DNA of 64,000 bases from Candidatus Woesearchaeota archaeon (GTDB taxonomy: Archaea; Nanobdellota; Nanobdellia; Woesearchaeales; JAFGLG01), in NCBI GenBank assembly GCA_016928155.1, contig JAFGLG010000005.1:128340-192339 (forward strand). Direction: 5' to 3'. The notes below the pieces were generated by a model. That model ran no database searches. It had not been told where the DNA came from and saw only the letters and a list, made by a program, of their open reading frames with translations. Shown piece by piece: positions 41,411 to 51,153 of the stretch (position 1 is its first letter; each line of letters starts with the position of its first letter). The position numbers and the translations under genes were made by a program.

Positions 41411-41947
41411 TTACTGCAAAACCCTTACAGTCTTCTCATAAGCAAATGAGGCAATGCCCCCAAGGAAGCCTGTTATCACCTGGAGAATGCCCATTGCAGT
41501 CAAGAATATTATTGGGATTATATCTAGGCTGTAGAGGATGTAGGCTGATAAGAACAAGAATGCTGATTTAAGAAGCACTCCGACGAATAGACTGATCCAA
41601 TAAGATTTCCTGAGCTTCCTGAATGCCATGACAAGTAGGGTGTTGCCTATCCAGATGAAAGGAATCATGTAGAGCAGGAAGGGTGTGAAAGGCCCGAACA
41701 AGATGCCTCTTGACAAAACACCAAGAGAAGGCAGTAAGATTATCGGAAGAATCTTCCAGCCTTTGAGCTTCAGAGCATTGCTGATCAGGAAAGCATTGAC
41801 CAACAAACCGACAACAATCTGAGGATGGCCGATGAAAAGCGGGATGCAGAAGCCAAGCACTGAAAAAATAACAAGCTCTGCAATCTGATAAGTGTTTGAG
41901 AAATCAACCTCTTCAAGAGTCACCCATTTTTTTATGTAAGCATACAT
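41411..41947 (-). CDS. Membrane protein (ECF S-component-like), divergent from hydrogenase
   Basis: About six TM segments; PQIVVGLLVNAFL...LPSL...FIWIGN pattern. Confidence 0.7.
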   Translation of the reverse strand: MYAYIKKWVTLEEVDFSNTYQIAELVIFSVLGFCIPLFIGHPQIVVGLLVNAFLISNALKLKGWKILPIILLPSLGVLSRGILFGPFTPFLLYMIPFIWIGNTLLVMAFRKLRKSYWISLFVGVLLKSAFLFLSAYILYSLDIIPIIFLTAMGILQVITGFLGGIASFAYEKTVRVLQ

Positions 41948-42179
41948 GCCTGTTCACAATACTTATTCATTTAAATATTTTCTGGAGCGTCCAATCTTTC
42001 GCCTTGCTCAAGATATCTCAAGAAAATATTAGGGAAATAACAAATTCGCCTGCGAATTTGGATAAGCAGGATATTAACCCCAATATTTTCCAGAATAAGC
42101 AGTCTTAAGGCAAAGAATCAAAAGAACCACAACAACCTTTATAAATAAAATACCCAATAGCAGAGCAAAGAGGTGGGTA

Positions 42180-42587
42180 ATGGACATCATCCTGGATGAA
42201 TTCTGGAAGATACAGGACAAAGAGGGCTATGTCTCAGAAGAGGCCATGAAAAAGCTCTCGAAAAAGACAGGGATCCCGATAGTGAAGCTATATGCTGCAG
42301 CCTCATTCTATTCATTCATCTACACAAAGCCCCAGGGAAAATATGTGATAAGGCTGTGCAACAGCCCATCATGCTATCTCAATGGAAGCCTTAACATAGC
42401 AGAATGGATTGAGAAAGAGCTTGGCATAAGATCAGGCGAGACCACAAAAGACAGACTCTTCTCATTCCACATAGGATCATGCATCGGATGCTGCAATGAA
42501 GCCCCAGCCATGATGATAAACGACAAGGTCTATGGAAATCTGACAGAGCAGAAAGTGAAGGGGATATTTGAAAAATGCAGAAAGTGA
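42180..42587 (+). CDS. hydC: Hydrogenase gamma subunit (NuoE-like [2Fe-2S])
   Basis: ASFY, CNSPSC, CIGCC...APAM. Confidence 0.92.
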   Translation: MDIILDEFWKIQDKEGYVSEEAMKKLSKKTGIPIVKLYAAASFYSFIYTKPQGKYVIRLCNSPSCYLNGSLNIAEWIEKELGIRSGETTKDRLFSFHIGSCIGCCNEAPAMMINDKVYGNLTEQKVKGIFEKCRK

Positions 42588-43690
42588 AAGTGATGCAGAT
42601 ACTGAAGAAAGCCGACGGCGCGCTCGAGAAAGCAAAACAGCTCGGACCTGAGAGAGTGATAGAGCTACTCAACAAGAAGGACCTCAGGGGAAGAGGAGGA
42701 GCAGGATTCCATACAGGCAAGAAATGGGAGATGGCAAGGAATGCGCCTGGCGAGAAAAAATATGCGGTCTGCAATTCTGATGAAGGAGAGCCAGGCTCAT
42801 TCAAGGACAAGTTCATATGGAACAATAATCCAGAAGCGGCCATCATAGGGCTCCAGACAGCTGCGTTCTGCATAGGGGCCCAAGAAGCGCTGATCTATCT
42901 GAGAGGAGAGTACAGATATCTCAAGAAGAATATTGAGAAGGCCATAACGAAGATAGGCGGAGTGCCAGTGAAGATCGTTGTCGGAGGAGGGGCATATGTG
43001 TGCGGAGAAGAGACAGCAATCCTTGAATCAATAGAAGGAAAAAGGGGCCAAGTCAGGAATAAGCCGCCATATCCAGTGACATATGGATTATTCGGGATGC
43101 CGACAGCAGTCAATAATGTAGAGACACTTGCAAATGTGCCACTTGCAGTGCTCTATGATGACTGGGATCCCAACCTGCGGCTTTTCTCATTATCAGGCAA
43201 TGTGACAAAGCCAGGAGTTTATGAACTGCATATGGGCAGCAAATTCTCAGATCTTTTGGATCAGGGAAAACCAAAAAACAGGATAAAGGCTGCATTCTTA
43301 GGATGCTCAGGAGGAGTCATACCCTATGATCCTGACATGAGACTGACACCAGAACAGGTATGTGATATGCGATGCAGGCTCGGATCAAGAAGCTTCATAG
43401 CAGCAGATGAGAAGCACTCAATAGTGGAGCTGGCTGCAAACATCGCAAAATTCTATGAATATGAGAGCTGCGGCAAATGCACTCCGTGCAGGGAAGGCAA
43501 CCACAGGATAGTCATGATACTTGAAAGTATGCTGGCGGGAAAAGGGAAGAGAGAGGACCTTGATACCCTGCAGGAGCTTGCAGAGGTCATAGAAGAGACA
43601 TCAAGCTGCGGGCTCGGGCAGACATCAACACAGCACCTGAAGACAGGGCTCCAGCATTTCAGGAAAGAATTCGAGGCATTGATAAAATGA
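42575..43690 (+). CDS. hydB: Hydrogenase beta subunit (NuoF-like, short)
   Basis: LRGRGGAGF, DEGEPGSFKD, YVCGEETA, SCGKCTPCREG, CGLG. Confidence 0.92.
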   Translation: MQKVKVMQILKKADGALEKAKQLGPERVIELLNKKDLRGRGGAGFHTGKKWEMARNAPGEKKYAVCNSDEGEPGSFKDKFIWNNNPEAAIIGLQTAAFCIGAQEALIYLRGEYRYLKKNIEKAITKIGGVPVKIVVGGGAYVCGEETAILESIEGKRGQVRNKPPYPVTYGLFGMPTAVNNVETLANVPLAVLYDDWDPNLRLFSLSGNVTKPGVYELHMGSKFSDLLDQGKPKNRIKAAFLGCSGGVIPYDPDMRLTPEQVCDMRCRLGSRSFIAADEKHSIVELAANIAKFYEYESCGKCTPCREGNHRIVMILESMLAGKGKREDLDTLQELAEVIEETSSCGLGQTSTQHLKTGLQHFRKEFEALIK

Positions 43691-45357
43691 GAGTGAAAGT
43701 GGACGGCAAGGAGATGGAATTCGATGCACAAAAGAGCCTCCTGATAAATCTTAGAGCAAAAGGATTCTCAATACCATCGATGTGCTACCAGGAAGGGCTT
43801 GAAGCAGAAGCAAGATGCAGGCTCTGTGTCGTCGAGATAAAGGGAAAGCTGAAGACAAGCTGCTCGACATACCCGGAAGAGGGCATGGAGATCCTGACCA
43901 GTTCAGACAAAGTCAAGAGGGCGAGAAGGGTCAATGCAGAGCTGCTCTTTGCAGAGCACAGGAAATGCACCAATGTAGCCGGCCATGATAATGTATGCCA
44001 GATGATCGACGGCATAGAAAATATCGGCTCCAGATTCGAACCGAGAAAATCATATGAATCAGAGCTGGGGAATGCTGTGATAAGGGACAACAACCTCTGC
44101 ATAAACTGCGGGAGATGCGTGCAGGTATGCGCAAAAGTCCAGGCGACATATGCCATAGATTTTGCAAAACGCGGCCATCATGAGCATGTCACGCCCTATT
44201 TCGAGCATAATCTCGCTGATGTGGCATGCACAAAATGCGGGCAGTGCATAGCAGCATGCCCTGTCGGAGCCATATCAGAAAGGGAGCACATCCCTGAAGT
44301 CCTCAGGGCGCTCAAGGACAAGAAAAAGACAGTGATCGCACAGACCGCACCTTCAATCAGGGCATCGCTTGGCGAGGAATTCGGCATGGAGCCAGGAACA
44401 CTTGTGAAAGGGAAGATGGTGGCTGCATTACACAGATGCGGATTCGACAAGGTATTTGACACAGACCTCGGGGCAGACATCACAATAATGGAAGAGGCAT
44501 CTGAGTTCCTTGAAAGAGCGAAGAAAGGAGGGCCATTCCCGATGATAACGACGTGCTGCCCTGCATGGATAAAATGCATGGAGCATTTCTATCATGAGCT
44601 CATACCCAACATGAGCACATGCAAGAGCCCGCACACAATGCTTGGGATACTGATAAAGAAATACTATGCAAAGAAAGAGGAGATACCTGAGAAGGACATT
44701 GTTGTGGTGAGCATAATGCCATGCACAGCAAAGAAATTCGAGTCAACAAGGCCTGAGCTCTCAGGGGATGTGGATTATGTGCTCACAACACGCGAGACTG
44801 CAAAGCTCATCAGGCTTCACAATATCGACTTCAGGAACCTGCCGGATGAAGAATTTGATCCTGCGCTCGGGATATCCACAGGGGCAGGAGTGATATTCGG
44901 GGCTACAGGGGGAGTCATGGAGGCTGCGCTCAGGACAGCATATGAATTAGGGACAGGAAAAAGCCTGACAAAGACAGAATTCGAACAGATAAGAGGCATG
45001 GAAGGCATCAAAGACGGAAGCATAATCATAAACGGTAATGAATACAGGTTTGCAGTGGCCAACGGACTGGCACATGCGCGTGAGCTCATCAAGAAAAAGG
45101 ATGATTATCATTTCATAGAGATAATGGCATGCCCCGGAGGATGCATAGGGGGAGGAGGACAGCCTCTGCCTGTGGATCAAGAGATACTGAAGAAAAGGAT
45201 GAATGCATTATACCAAGAGGATGCCCTGCTCCCATTGAGGAAATCCCACGAAAATCCTATTGTCAAACAGATATATGCAGAATTCCTGGATCATCCTCTC
45301 AGCAAGAAGGCAGAGAAGCTATTGCACACAAGATACACAAAAAGAAGCCAGTTCTGA
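43687..45357 (+). CDS. hydA: [FeFe]-hydrogenase catalytic subunit (group A3-like)
   Basis: H-cluster motifs TTCCPAW, MPCTAKKFE, EIMACPGGCIGGGGQP; N-terminal [2Fe-2S] and two CxxCxxCxxxC motifs. Confidence 0.96.
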   Translation: MRVKVDGKEMEFDAQKSLLINLRAKGFSIPSMCYQEGLEAEARCRLCVVEIKGKLKTSCSTYPEEGMEILTSSDKVKRARRVNAELLFAEHRKCTNVAGHDNVCQMIDGIENIGSRFEPRKSYESELGNAVIRDNNLCINCGRCVQVCAKVQATYAIDFAKRGHHEHVTPYFEHNLADVACTKCGQCIAACPVGAISEREHIPEVLRALKDKKKTVIAQTAPSIRASLGEEFGMEPGTLVKGKMVAALHRCGFDKVFDTDLGADITIMEEASEFLERAKKGGPFPMITTCCPAWIKCMEHFYHELIPNMSTCKSPHTMLGILIKKYYAKKEEIPEKDIVVVSIMPCTAKKFESTRPELSGDVDYVLTTRETAKLIRLHNIDFRNLPDEEFDPALGISTGAGVIFGATGGVMEAALRTAYELGTGKSLTKTEFEQIRGMEGIKDGSIIINGNEYRFAVANGLAHARELIKKKDDYHFIEIMACPGGCIGGGGQPLPVDQEILKKRMNALYQEDALLPLRKSHENPIVKQIYAEFLDHPLSKKAEKLLHTRYTKRSQF

Positions 45358-45524
45358 TCATTTCTGATTTCCGAAAAAAAATTGAGAAAATAGGTTATTT
45401 AGAACAGATTTCCGTCGCTGATCAGATATTATCCGATTTCTCTGCAATATTATCATGAATCCTTGAAAAATCTTTTTTTAGCCTCAGATCAAATAGATTA
45501 ACATAACCAACCCGAGGTGGGAAA

Positions 45525-45929
45525 ATGAGCTACAAAAAAAGAGGATTCACAAGCTTTCTTGGAAAAGCTGTGCTTGGTGCAGCGATATTCTATATAGGGC
45601 ACTTTTCAGGAAGCAGTGAGATGAGGCAGTTCAAAAATGATATCCAGCAGGATGTCAGTGCAGTAAGCAGGTATATGCCGCCTGCACAGCAGAGAAATTA
45701 TGTCGACGACTATGTATCTGGATTGACACCTAATGAGAGAGTGAAAACAATCTCAGGATACATACAGGAGATGCCTGACAGGGAACAGGAGATGCTGGCA
45801 TTCAGGATGTACAATTCCCTGTCTGATCCTGCAAAGAGCCAGCTAAACCATATCATCGAAGGGGCTAACCCCCCAGACAGGTATGACAAGGCAGCAGGAT
45901 TCATCAGGGAACTTGTGGGACAGTTCTGA
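45525..45929 (+). CDS. Membrane-anchored helical protein
   Basis: GAGGTG SD; N-terminal TM helix; first gene of a four-gene operon. Confidence 0.7.
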   Translation: MSYKKRGFTSFLGKAVLGAAIFYIGHFSGSSEMRQFKNDIQQDVSAVSRYMPPAQQRNYVDDYVSGLTPNERVKTISGYIQEMPDREQEMLAFRMYNSLSDPAKSQLNHIIEGANPPDRYDKAAGFIRELVGQF

Positions 45930-45938
45930 GGTGACAAG

Positions 45939-46931
45939 ATGGAATACCAATCATCATTTGTCAGGCAGAAGATGGAATCAAAAGATAATGGATACGACAT
46001 CCTCCATGCAGAGAACCAGGCACCGATGACATCGGCAACCTCATTCCTGGAGAAGAACCACCCGATATTCGAGGAATCCATGAGGGTGCTTCAGGAATGC
46101 CAGAGAGAATATGACCGTGTGGCAAATGAGTACGGAGGAATCGCCGGCAAGGTGATGATAGCACTGAACCTCACAACACCGAAAAAGAGGCTTGAGAAGA
46201 GGGTTGCGAACCTAGAGTTCAACATCAGTGTCCTCGAGGAGATAGTGACGCATTCAGAGCAGTCCATAAAAGATCTGCATGGGCACTACATGTCAAGCTC
46301 AAGGGCCAAGATCGTGGCAGGCAGGAGCATGCAGGGCTATGAAAAGGTCGGCAAGGACATCGAAGAGCAGGCCGCACTCCTCATTGAGGATTACAACAGG
46401 TGCGATGATGAGGCCCTGAAGCTAGAGATAGAGAATGAGCTGTTCAGCCTTGAGCAGGACAGGCAAAGGGTGAAAGGGGAGCAGGAAGAATGCGCTGCGG
46501 AGATAATATTCCTCGACAATGCACTTGGCTCGCTCAACAAGTACAAGTCAGCAATGGGAAGCCTGACAAAGACAGCGAGGGCAGCGCTCAACTCAGGCAG
46601 GCTAATCAAGCGTGAGGTGGAATCATCACTGCCGTATGTTGTCAAGGGGCAGGAGACACTCAGCGCAATACAGGACATCTACCAGAACATACAGGCGCTC
46701 AAGACTGACCTGAGCAGGATATATGAAGTGAACCTCCGGAGCGTCGCTGAAGTGACAAAATATCACCTTGACCCATCGACAGCAAGGCTCGTGGATCCGG
46801 GGAAGACAAAAGCAGACGACTACAGCTCAAAAATAAAGGACAATATGGCAAAAGGGAGGGACACGCTGATCGATCAGGCAATGAAGATCATCGATAGGGA
46901 CAGGAACAAGAAGAAGGGAAAAGATGCTTGA
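45939..46931 (+). CDS. Long coiled-coil protein (TelA/KlaA- or PspA-like, uncertain)
   Basis: Heptad-rich 330 aa; GAGGTGA SD; overlaps the AAA gene. Confidence 0.65.
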   Translation: MEYQSSFVRQKMESKDNGYDILHAENQAPMTSATSFLEKNHPIFEESMRVLQECQREYDRVANEYGGIAGKVMIALNLTTPKKRLEKRVANLEFNISVLEEIVTHSEQSIKDLHGHYMSSSRAKIVAGRSMQGYEKVGKDIEEQAALLIEDYNRCDDEALKLEIENELFSLEQDRQRVKGEQEECAAEIIFLDNALGSLNKYKSAMGSLTKTARAALNSGRLIKREVESSLPYVVKGQETLSAIQDIYQNIQALKTDLSRIYEVNLRSVAEVTKYHLDPSTARLVDPGKTKADDYSSKIKDNMAKGRDTLIDQAMKIIDRDRNKKKGKDA

Positions 46932-48327
46932 GCTAAGGATAAGTGAAGAGGAGATATCACAGGCCACAGAGAAGGCATGCGAGAGGCTGAACAATACAAT
47001 ATACAGCTTCAGGAGCTTCTTCAATAACCTCTACAGCAACAGGATGAGACAGGATGGGCTTGAGTCAATAATAAGGTTTGAGCGATTCCTGGGCATGCAG
47101 GGATGCATAAAAGAAAGATGCAGAAGGGCCCTCAGGATAGACCTTAACAGGGAGCTCACGATAGAGGAAGACCATCATCTGAACCTGTATTCCCTCATGA
47201 GATCAGCAGAAAGGTCCCTTAAAGAGCGCCATGACGCAGACCCAGAGACATGCGAGCTCTCATTCGATTATCAGGCAGGGGAATACAGCCTCATAGATTC
47301 AATAATCAGGGGCTACATGAACGGAGCCAGAAGAAGACCAGACAGCATGCCGCAATACACAGATGATTTCCTGACAAGGATACTGGATGAGACATCGATG
47401 CTGACAAAAAAGACCGGCAGAGAGAAGATCAGGATCTCATTCAATGGCGACAAGAAAAAGGCATCAAACATCAGGCACAAGGACTATTCTGAGATCATAG
47501 GCGCGGAAGAGGCAGTGCACACACTGAGATATACAATAAGCAGGCTGTGCTGCTATGACCCTGAGCAGCAGAAGAACATCTATTCAGGCTCACTGCCAAA
47601 GTCAATCCTCCTGTACGGACCTCCCGGCTCAGGGAAGACAAGCCTGATAGATGCATCAATAGGGTATGCGCAGATGCTCTGCGACATGAAAGGCATGCCC
47701 TTCAATCCCGGTGTCATAGACAACTCCCTGAAATCCATGTGGATGGGGAAATCAGTGGAGAACATCAGGAGGATGATCGAGGATGCCAGATCACCTGACG
47801 GGGCAGGCCTCATAATCATCGATGACTTCGACATGGTGCTGAACAGCAGGCAGAGCAAGGAACAGAATTTCGGCGAGGTCCAGGTGCTGCATGAGCTTCT
47901 CAACCAGATATCAGGATACGGGCACAATAATGATGGGAATCATATCTATCTGCTGACGAGCAACATGCCTGGCGCTGCAGATACAGCCCTGTTCGACAGG
48001 ATAGAAGAGAAGATCCCGGTTAGAGGATGCTGCACCCAGGAAGATTTCAAAGAGCTCCTGAATAAAGAGCTGGGCACATACAGGGATCATGCTGATGATG
48101 GAGTGATCGAGAAGCTATCATCAGACCTCGGGAGGATGGGTGCATCAGGAAGGACAGCAACAAGGATGGCCAGATCAATGATAAGATACATCGACCACAG
48201 GATACCTGGACCAGAGTTCATCTGCGCGCCATATCATATCCAGGCCGGACAGAACAACGGATACAGGAGATTCAGCATGAAAGAATTGGGGATCCTGGAC
48301 CAGCCTGAGGTCAGATCATATGTATAA
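46924..48327 (+). CDS. Classical-clade AAA ATPase
   Basis: Walker A GPPGSGKT, pore loop KSMWMG, Walker B IIIDDFD, sensor TSN, DTALFDR. Confidence 0.88.
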   Translation: MLELRISEEEISQATEKACERLNNTIYSFRSFFNNLYSNRMRQDGLESIIRFERFLGMQGCIKERCRRALRIDLNRELTIEEDHHLNLYSLMRSAERSLKERHDADPETCELSFDYQAGEYSLIDSIIRGYMNGARRRPDSMPQYTDDFLTRILDETSMLTKKTGREKIRISFNGDKKKASNIRHKDYSEIIGAEEAVHTLRYTISRLCCYDPEQQKNIYSGSLPKSILLYGPPGSGKTSLIDASIGYAQMLCDMKGMPFNPGVIDNSLKSMWMGKSVENIRRMIEDARSPDGAGLIIIDDFDMVLNSRQSKEQNFGEVQVLHELLNQISGYGHNNDGNHIYLLTSNMPGAADTALFDRIEEKIPVRGCCTQEDFKELLNKELGTYRDHADDGVIEKLSSDLGRMGASGRTATRMARSMIRYIDHRIPGPEFICAPYHIQAGQNNGYRRFSMKELGILDQPEVRSYV

Positions 48328-49732
48328 ATCAGGCTTTGTGAAGAGGTGGGAGCAGAGGAGAGAAGAGTTCAGGAAAGAGCTTGAGAATCTTGTTCTCGAA
48401 GATTATGAGACCAAGCTGAGCAGGTTCTCCGGGGAGATGGACCTGGAGAAGGCTAGAGAGGCACTCGGGAAGCAGGCAGGATTCGATGAGATAAGAAGAT
48501 ATGACCAAGAGGCATATGTATTCCAGGAAAGCCTTGACGCAGGACTTTATCCCAAGGCGCAGAGGCTCCATTCGATGAACGCCCATACCCTCAGAGTGCA
48601 ATCATCAGCAAGGGAATATATTTCAGCAATATTCAGCCAGACCACCTCTGAATTCAGGAAAACAAAGAAAGAGCCCCTGAATATCCACAAACTTGAATCA
48701 TGCTACAACCAGATGCAGGAGATTGCAGGCATACTGGGCAATGAAGGAAGATTCTCTGGTGAGCTTGACACTGCAGAGGCCGGATTGAAGAGAGTCTACA
48801 GGAGAATAGCTGCCAATGATCCAAAAAAAAGGAAGGTGAGAAAAATGAGAAGAGCTGCTGCAACACTGGCATTGATCGCATGCCTTGCCGGCGCCGGCTA
48901 TGCGAAAAAGGAGCATATCCAGTCGTGGATAAACCCAAAGATAAGCTCATATTATCTGAAACAGAGCAAGGAAAGCGCCGGCCTTGAGAGGAAGCTTGAG
49001 CTCAGCTACAAAGCACTCGAGAGGGACGAAAGCCCTGAAGCTCTTGCTTTCCATAATGAGGCATATGAACGCTACATGATGAAGCACGGCCAGAAAGAGG
49101 GGAAACCTGGGATGGAAAGCATGCTTAATACACTGAGAGCCCACAAAAGAGCAGCTGAAAAACCCCAGCCTTTCTCTGCGATCGAGCATATCATACAGGG
49201 CATATACGCACAGGACACGCAGGCCGGCATGCACCATTACAGTGAGGCCATAAAGCATGACAGGCATCTGCTCGTGCCATATTTCAGGATGGCAAAAATC
49301 TATTCAGACATGGATGAGAAGGAGAACATGCTCAGGATGATGGAATCTGCACACAGGATAGCCCCTGACAACATGAGGATCTGTCAGGAATACGGGTGGA
49401 GCCTCTTTGTCAACAGGCAGTACTTTGATGCCGCAGATGCACTGTCAGGGGCTGTAGATGACAAGAGCGGGGCAGACTTCCACGGGGCGCTGGGGACCTC
49501 CCTGGCATACACAGGCAGGGCTGAGCAGGGCATGAAGCATCTGCAGATTGCCGTCGACAAAGACCAAAAAAATGCTGCCTGGCAGACCCAACTCGGAGCA
49601 CTCCACTACAGGCAGGGAGATCTTGCCAGGGCGAGGACCCACCTATACATTGCATACAGGAACGGCGGCGACCAGGAACTTATCAGGATCATAGAAAAGA
49701 TTGATTCTCGTCTACAAGAACACAAAAAATGA
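48320..49732 (+). CDS. Membrane protein with C-terminal TPR repeats
   Basis: Central TM (AAATLALIACLAGAGY) after a basic patch; TPR-like units e.g. FHGALGTSLAYTGRAEQG. Confidence 0.8.
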   Translation: MYKSGFVKRWEQRREEFRKELENLVLEDYETKLSRFSGEMDLEKAREALGKQAGFDEIRRYDQEAYVFQESLDAGLYPKAQRLHSMNAHTLRVQSSAREYISAIFSQTTSEFRKTKKEPLNIHKLESCYNQMQEIAGILGNEGRFSGELDTAEAGLKRVYRRIAANDPKKRKVRKMRRAAATLALIACLAGAGYAKKEHIQSWINPKISSYYLKQSKESAGLERKLELSYKALERDESPEALAFHNEAYERYMMKHGQKEGKPGMESMLNTLRAHKRAAEKPQPFSAIEHIIQGIYAQDTQAGMHHYSEAIKHDRHLLVPYFRMAKIYSDMDEKENMLRMMESAHRIAPDNMRICQEYGWSLFVNRQYFDAADALSGAVDDKSGADFHGALGTSLAYTGRAEQGMKHLQIAVDKDQKNAAWQTQLGALHYRQGDLARARTHLYIAYRNGGDQELIRIIEKIDSRLQEHKK

Positions 49733-49837
49733 CGGATTCTCGAGGGAGAAACCGGAAAAAAGCAAAAAATATTTAAATACCGACGGTTTTGTGACCTTCA
49801 TCCGGCGAGAGCCGGAAATAAAAAGAGGTGAGCCTAA

Positions 49838-50008
49838 ATGGCAGTTAAAGTTGCAAAAGTCGGTATTAAGAGGAAACCGGGCTACCTGTATTTCATCGAC
49901 AAGCAGGGAGATGTCTCCATGGCTAAGATGAACAGGGGCGGCAAGAAAAAGAAGAAAGCCGTGAAGAAGAAAGCAACCAAGAAGAAGGCAAAGAAAAAGA
50001 AGAAGTAA
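49838..50008 (+). CDS. Small basic chromatin-like protein (Cc1-like single repeat + poly-Lys tail; not in ORF track)
   Basis: GAGGTGA SD; MAVKVAKVGIKRKPGYLYFIDKQGDVSMAKMNRGG + K-rich tail; T-tract after the stop. Confidence 0.8.
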   Translation: MAVKVAKVGIKRKPGYLYFIDKQGDVSMAKMNRGGKKKKKAVKKKATKKKAKKKKK

Positions 50009-50018
50009 TTGCCTTTTT

Positions 50019-50738
50019 TTATTTTTTTTCTAAATTCTGCTTAAGAATCTCAAGCGCCCTGACAGCAGTCTCTTCAGGCCTTATCGACGTAGTGTCTATA
50101 TAAAACACCTTGGTGCCGGCCTTCTCAAACAGGTCCTTAATCCAGAGAGACTGATACCTCTTCTTTATCATCGCCTGGAAATCCAGATTCTCGAATATGG
50201 CCTTGTCCTGCTTCTTCCTCACACCGATCCTCCCAACCACAACATCAGGCTCGGCAACCAGGATAATGAGTATATCAGGCGGATTCTTCAAGGCCAGCTT
50301 GTTCCCCGGGAGCTTGAGGATATCCTGCATATCCATGCCATCACCCTGGACCGGCTGGTACACAAGGCTGGACGGCAGGCCCCGCTCCTGTATTATCATC
50401 TTGCCGGCCTGCAAAGCAGGGATCACCATGCAATTATACAGCATCTCCCTGTCCAGAGAGAAAGCCATGGCAGTCGATAATGCACCATAATCCCTGGAGT
50501 TCCTGCGTACGATCTCATCGCGGATCGCCTTGCCCACCATAGCAAAGGTCGGCTCAGCTGAAACAATGACATCATAAGTGATGAAATCATCCTTCAGGGG
50601 GATGCGTGAATTCCTCGACTCAAATTCCCTGGCATCAAAGACAGCATTGCCACGCTCTTTGAAGAAATCCTTGATAGAATCCAGAATCAATCCCTTGCCT
50701 GCAAGATCCATGCCTTCAATCATCACAAAAATAGCCAT
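50019..50738 (-). CDS. tmk: Thymidylate kinase
   Basis: IEGMDLAGK P-loop, AEPT, DRE, QERG..SSLVYQ. Confidence 0.88.
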   Translation of the reverse strand: MAIFVMIEGMDLAGKGLILDSIKDFFKERGNAVFDAREFESRNSRIPLKDDFITYDVIVSAEPTFAMVGKAIRDEIVRRNSRDYGALSTAMAFSLDREMLYNCMVIPALQAGKMIIQERGLPSSLVYQPVQGDGMDMQDILKLPGNKLALKNPPDILIILVAEPDVVVGRIGVRKKQDKAIFENLDFQAMIKKRYQSLWIKDLFEKAGTKVFYIDTTSIRPEETAVRALEILKQNLEKK

Positions 50739-50831
50739 CACCTCTCATACTGATTCCTAAGCTGAATTTTATAAATCTTTTCAAAAGAAGGCAAGAAAAC
50801 ATTTAAATACATAATACACCAAGATAGTCTC

Positions 50832-50981
50832 ATGAAATACAGATGCATGGCCTGCAATTACAGATTTGAATGGAAAAGGGAGAAAAAGCCTGAAAGGTGC
50901 CCTTACTGCGCAAAAAGAGCTGAGCTCAAGATAGAGATGTCCTCAGCAGACATGGTCAGAGATGTGGATGACATCGCATAA
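50832..50981 (+). CDS. Small zinc-ribbon protein (49 aa; not in ORF track)
   Basis: YRCMACNYRF...RCPYC; TTTAAATA box upstream. Confidence 0.75.
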   Translation: MKYRCMACNYRFEWKREKKPERCPYCAKRAELKIEMSSADMVRDVDDIA

Positions 50982-51013
50982 ATGAGTATCCGGCTTCATT
51001 CTTTCAGCCTAAT

Positions 51014-51053
51014 ATTCATTTATTGATCCAAGCATTCATTTATTAATCCAAGC
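51014..51053. repeat. Tandem 20-bp direct repeat
   Basis: ATTCATTTATTGATCCAAGC followed by ATTCATTTATTAATCCAAGC. Confidence 0.8.
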
Positions 51054-51153
51054 CAGCAATAAGATCAAGTGTACAATCCTGCAAATATTACCCCCTCATA
51101 TCACATCATATAAAAACAAAATCTTTATATACCCACATCGGGCTTTAGAAGAC

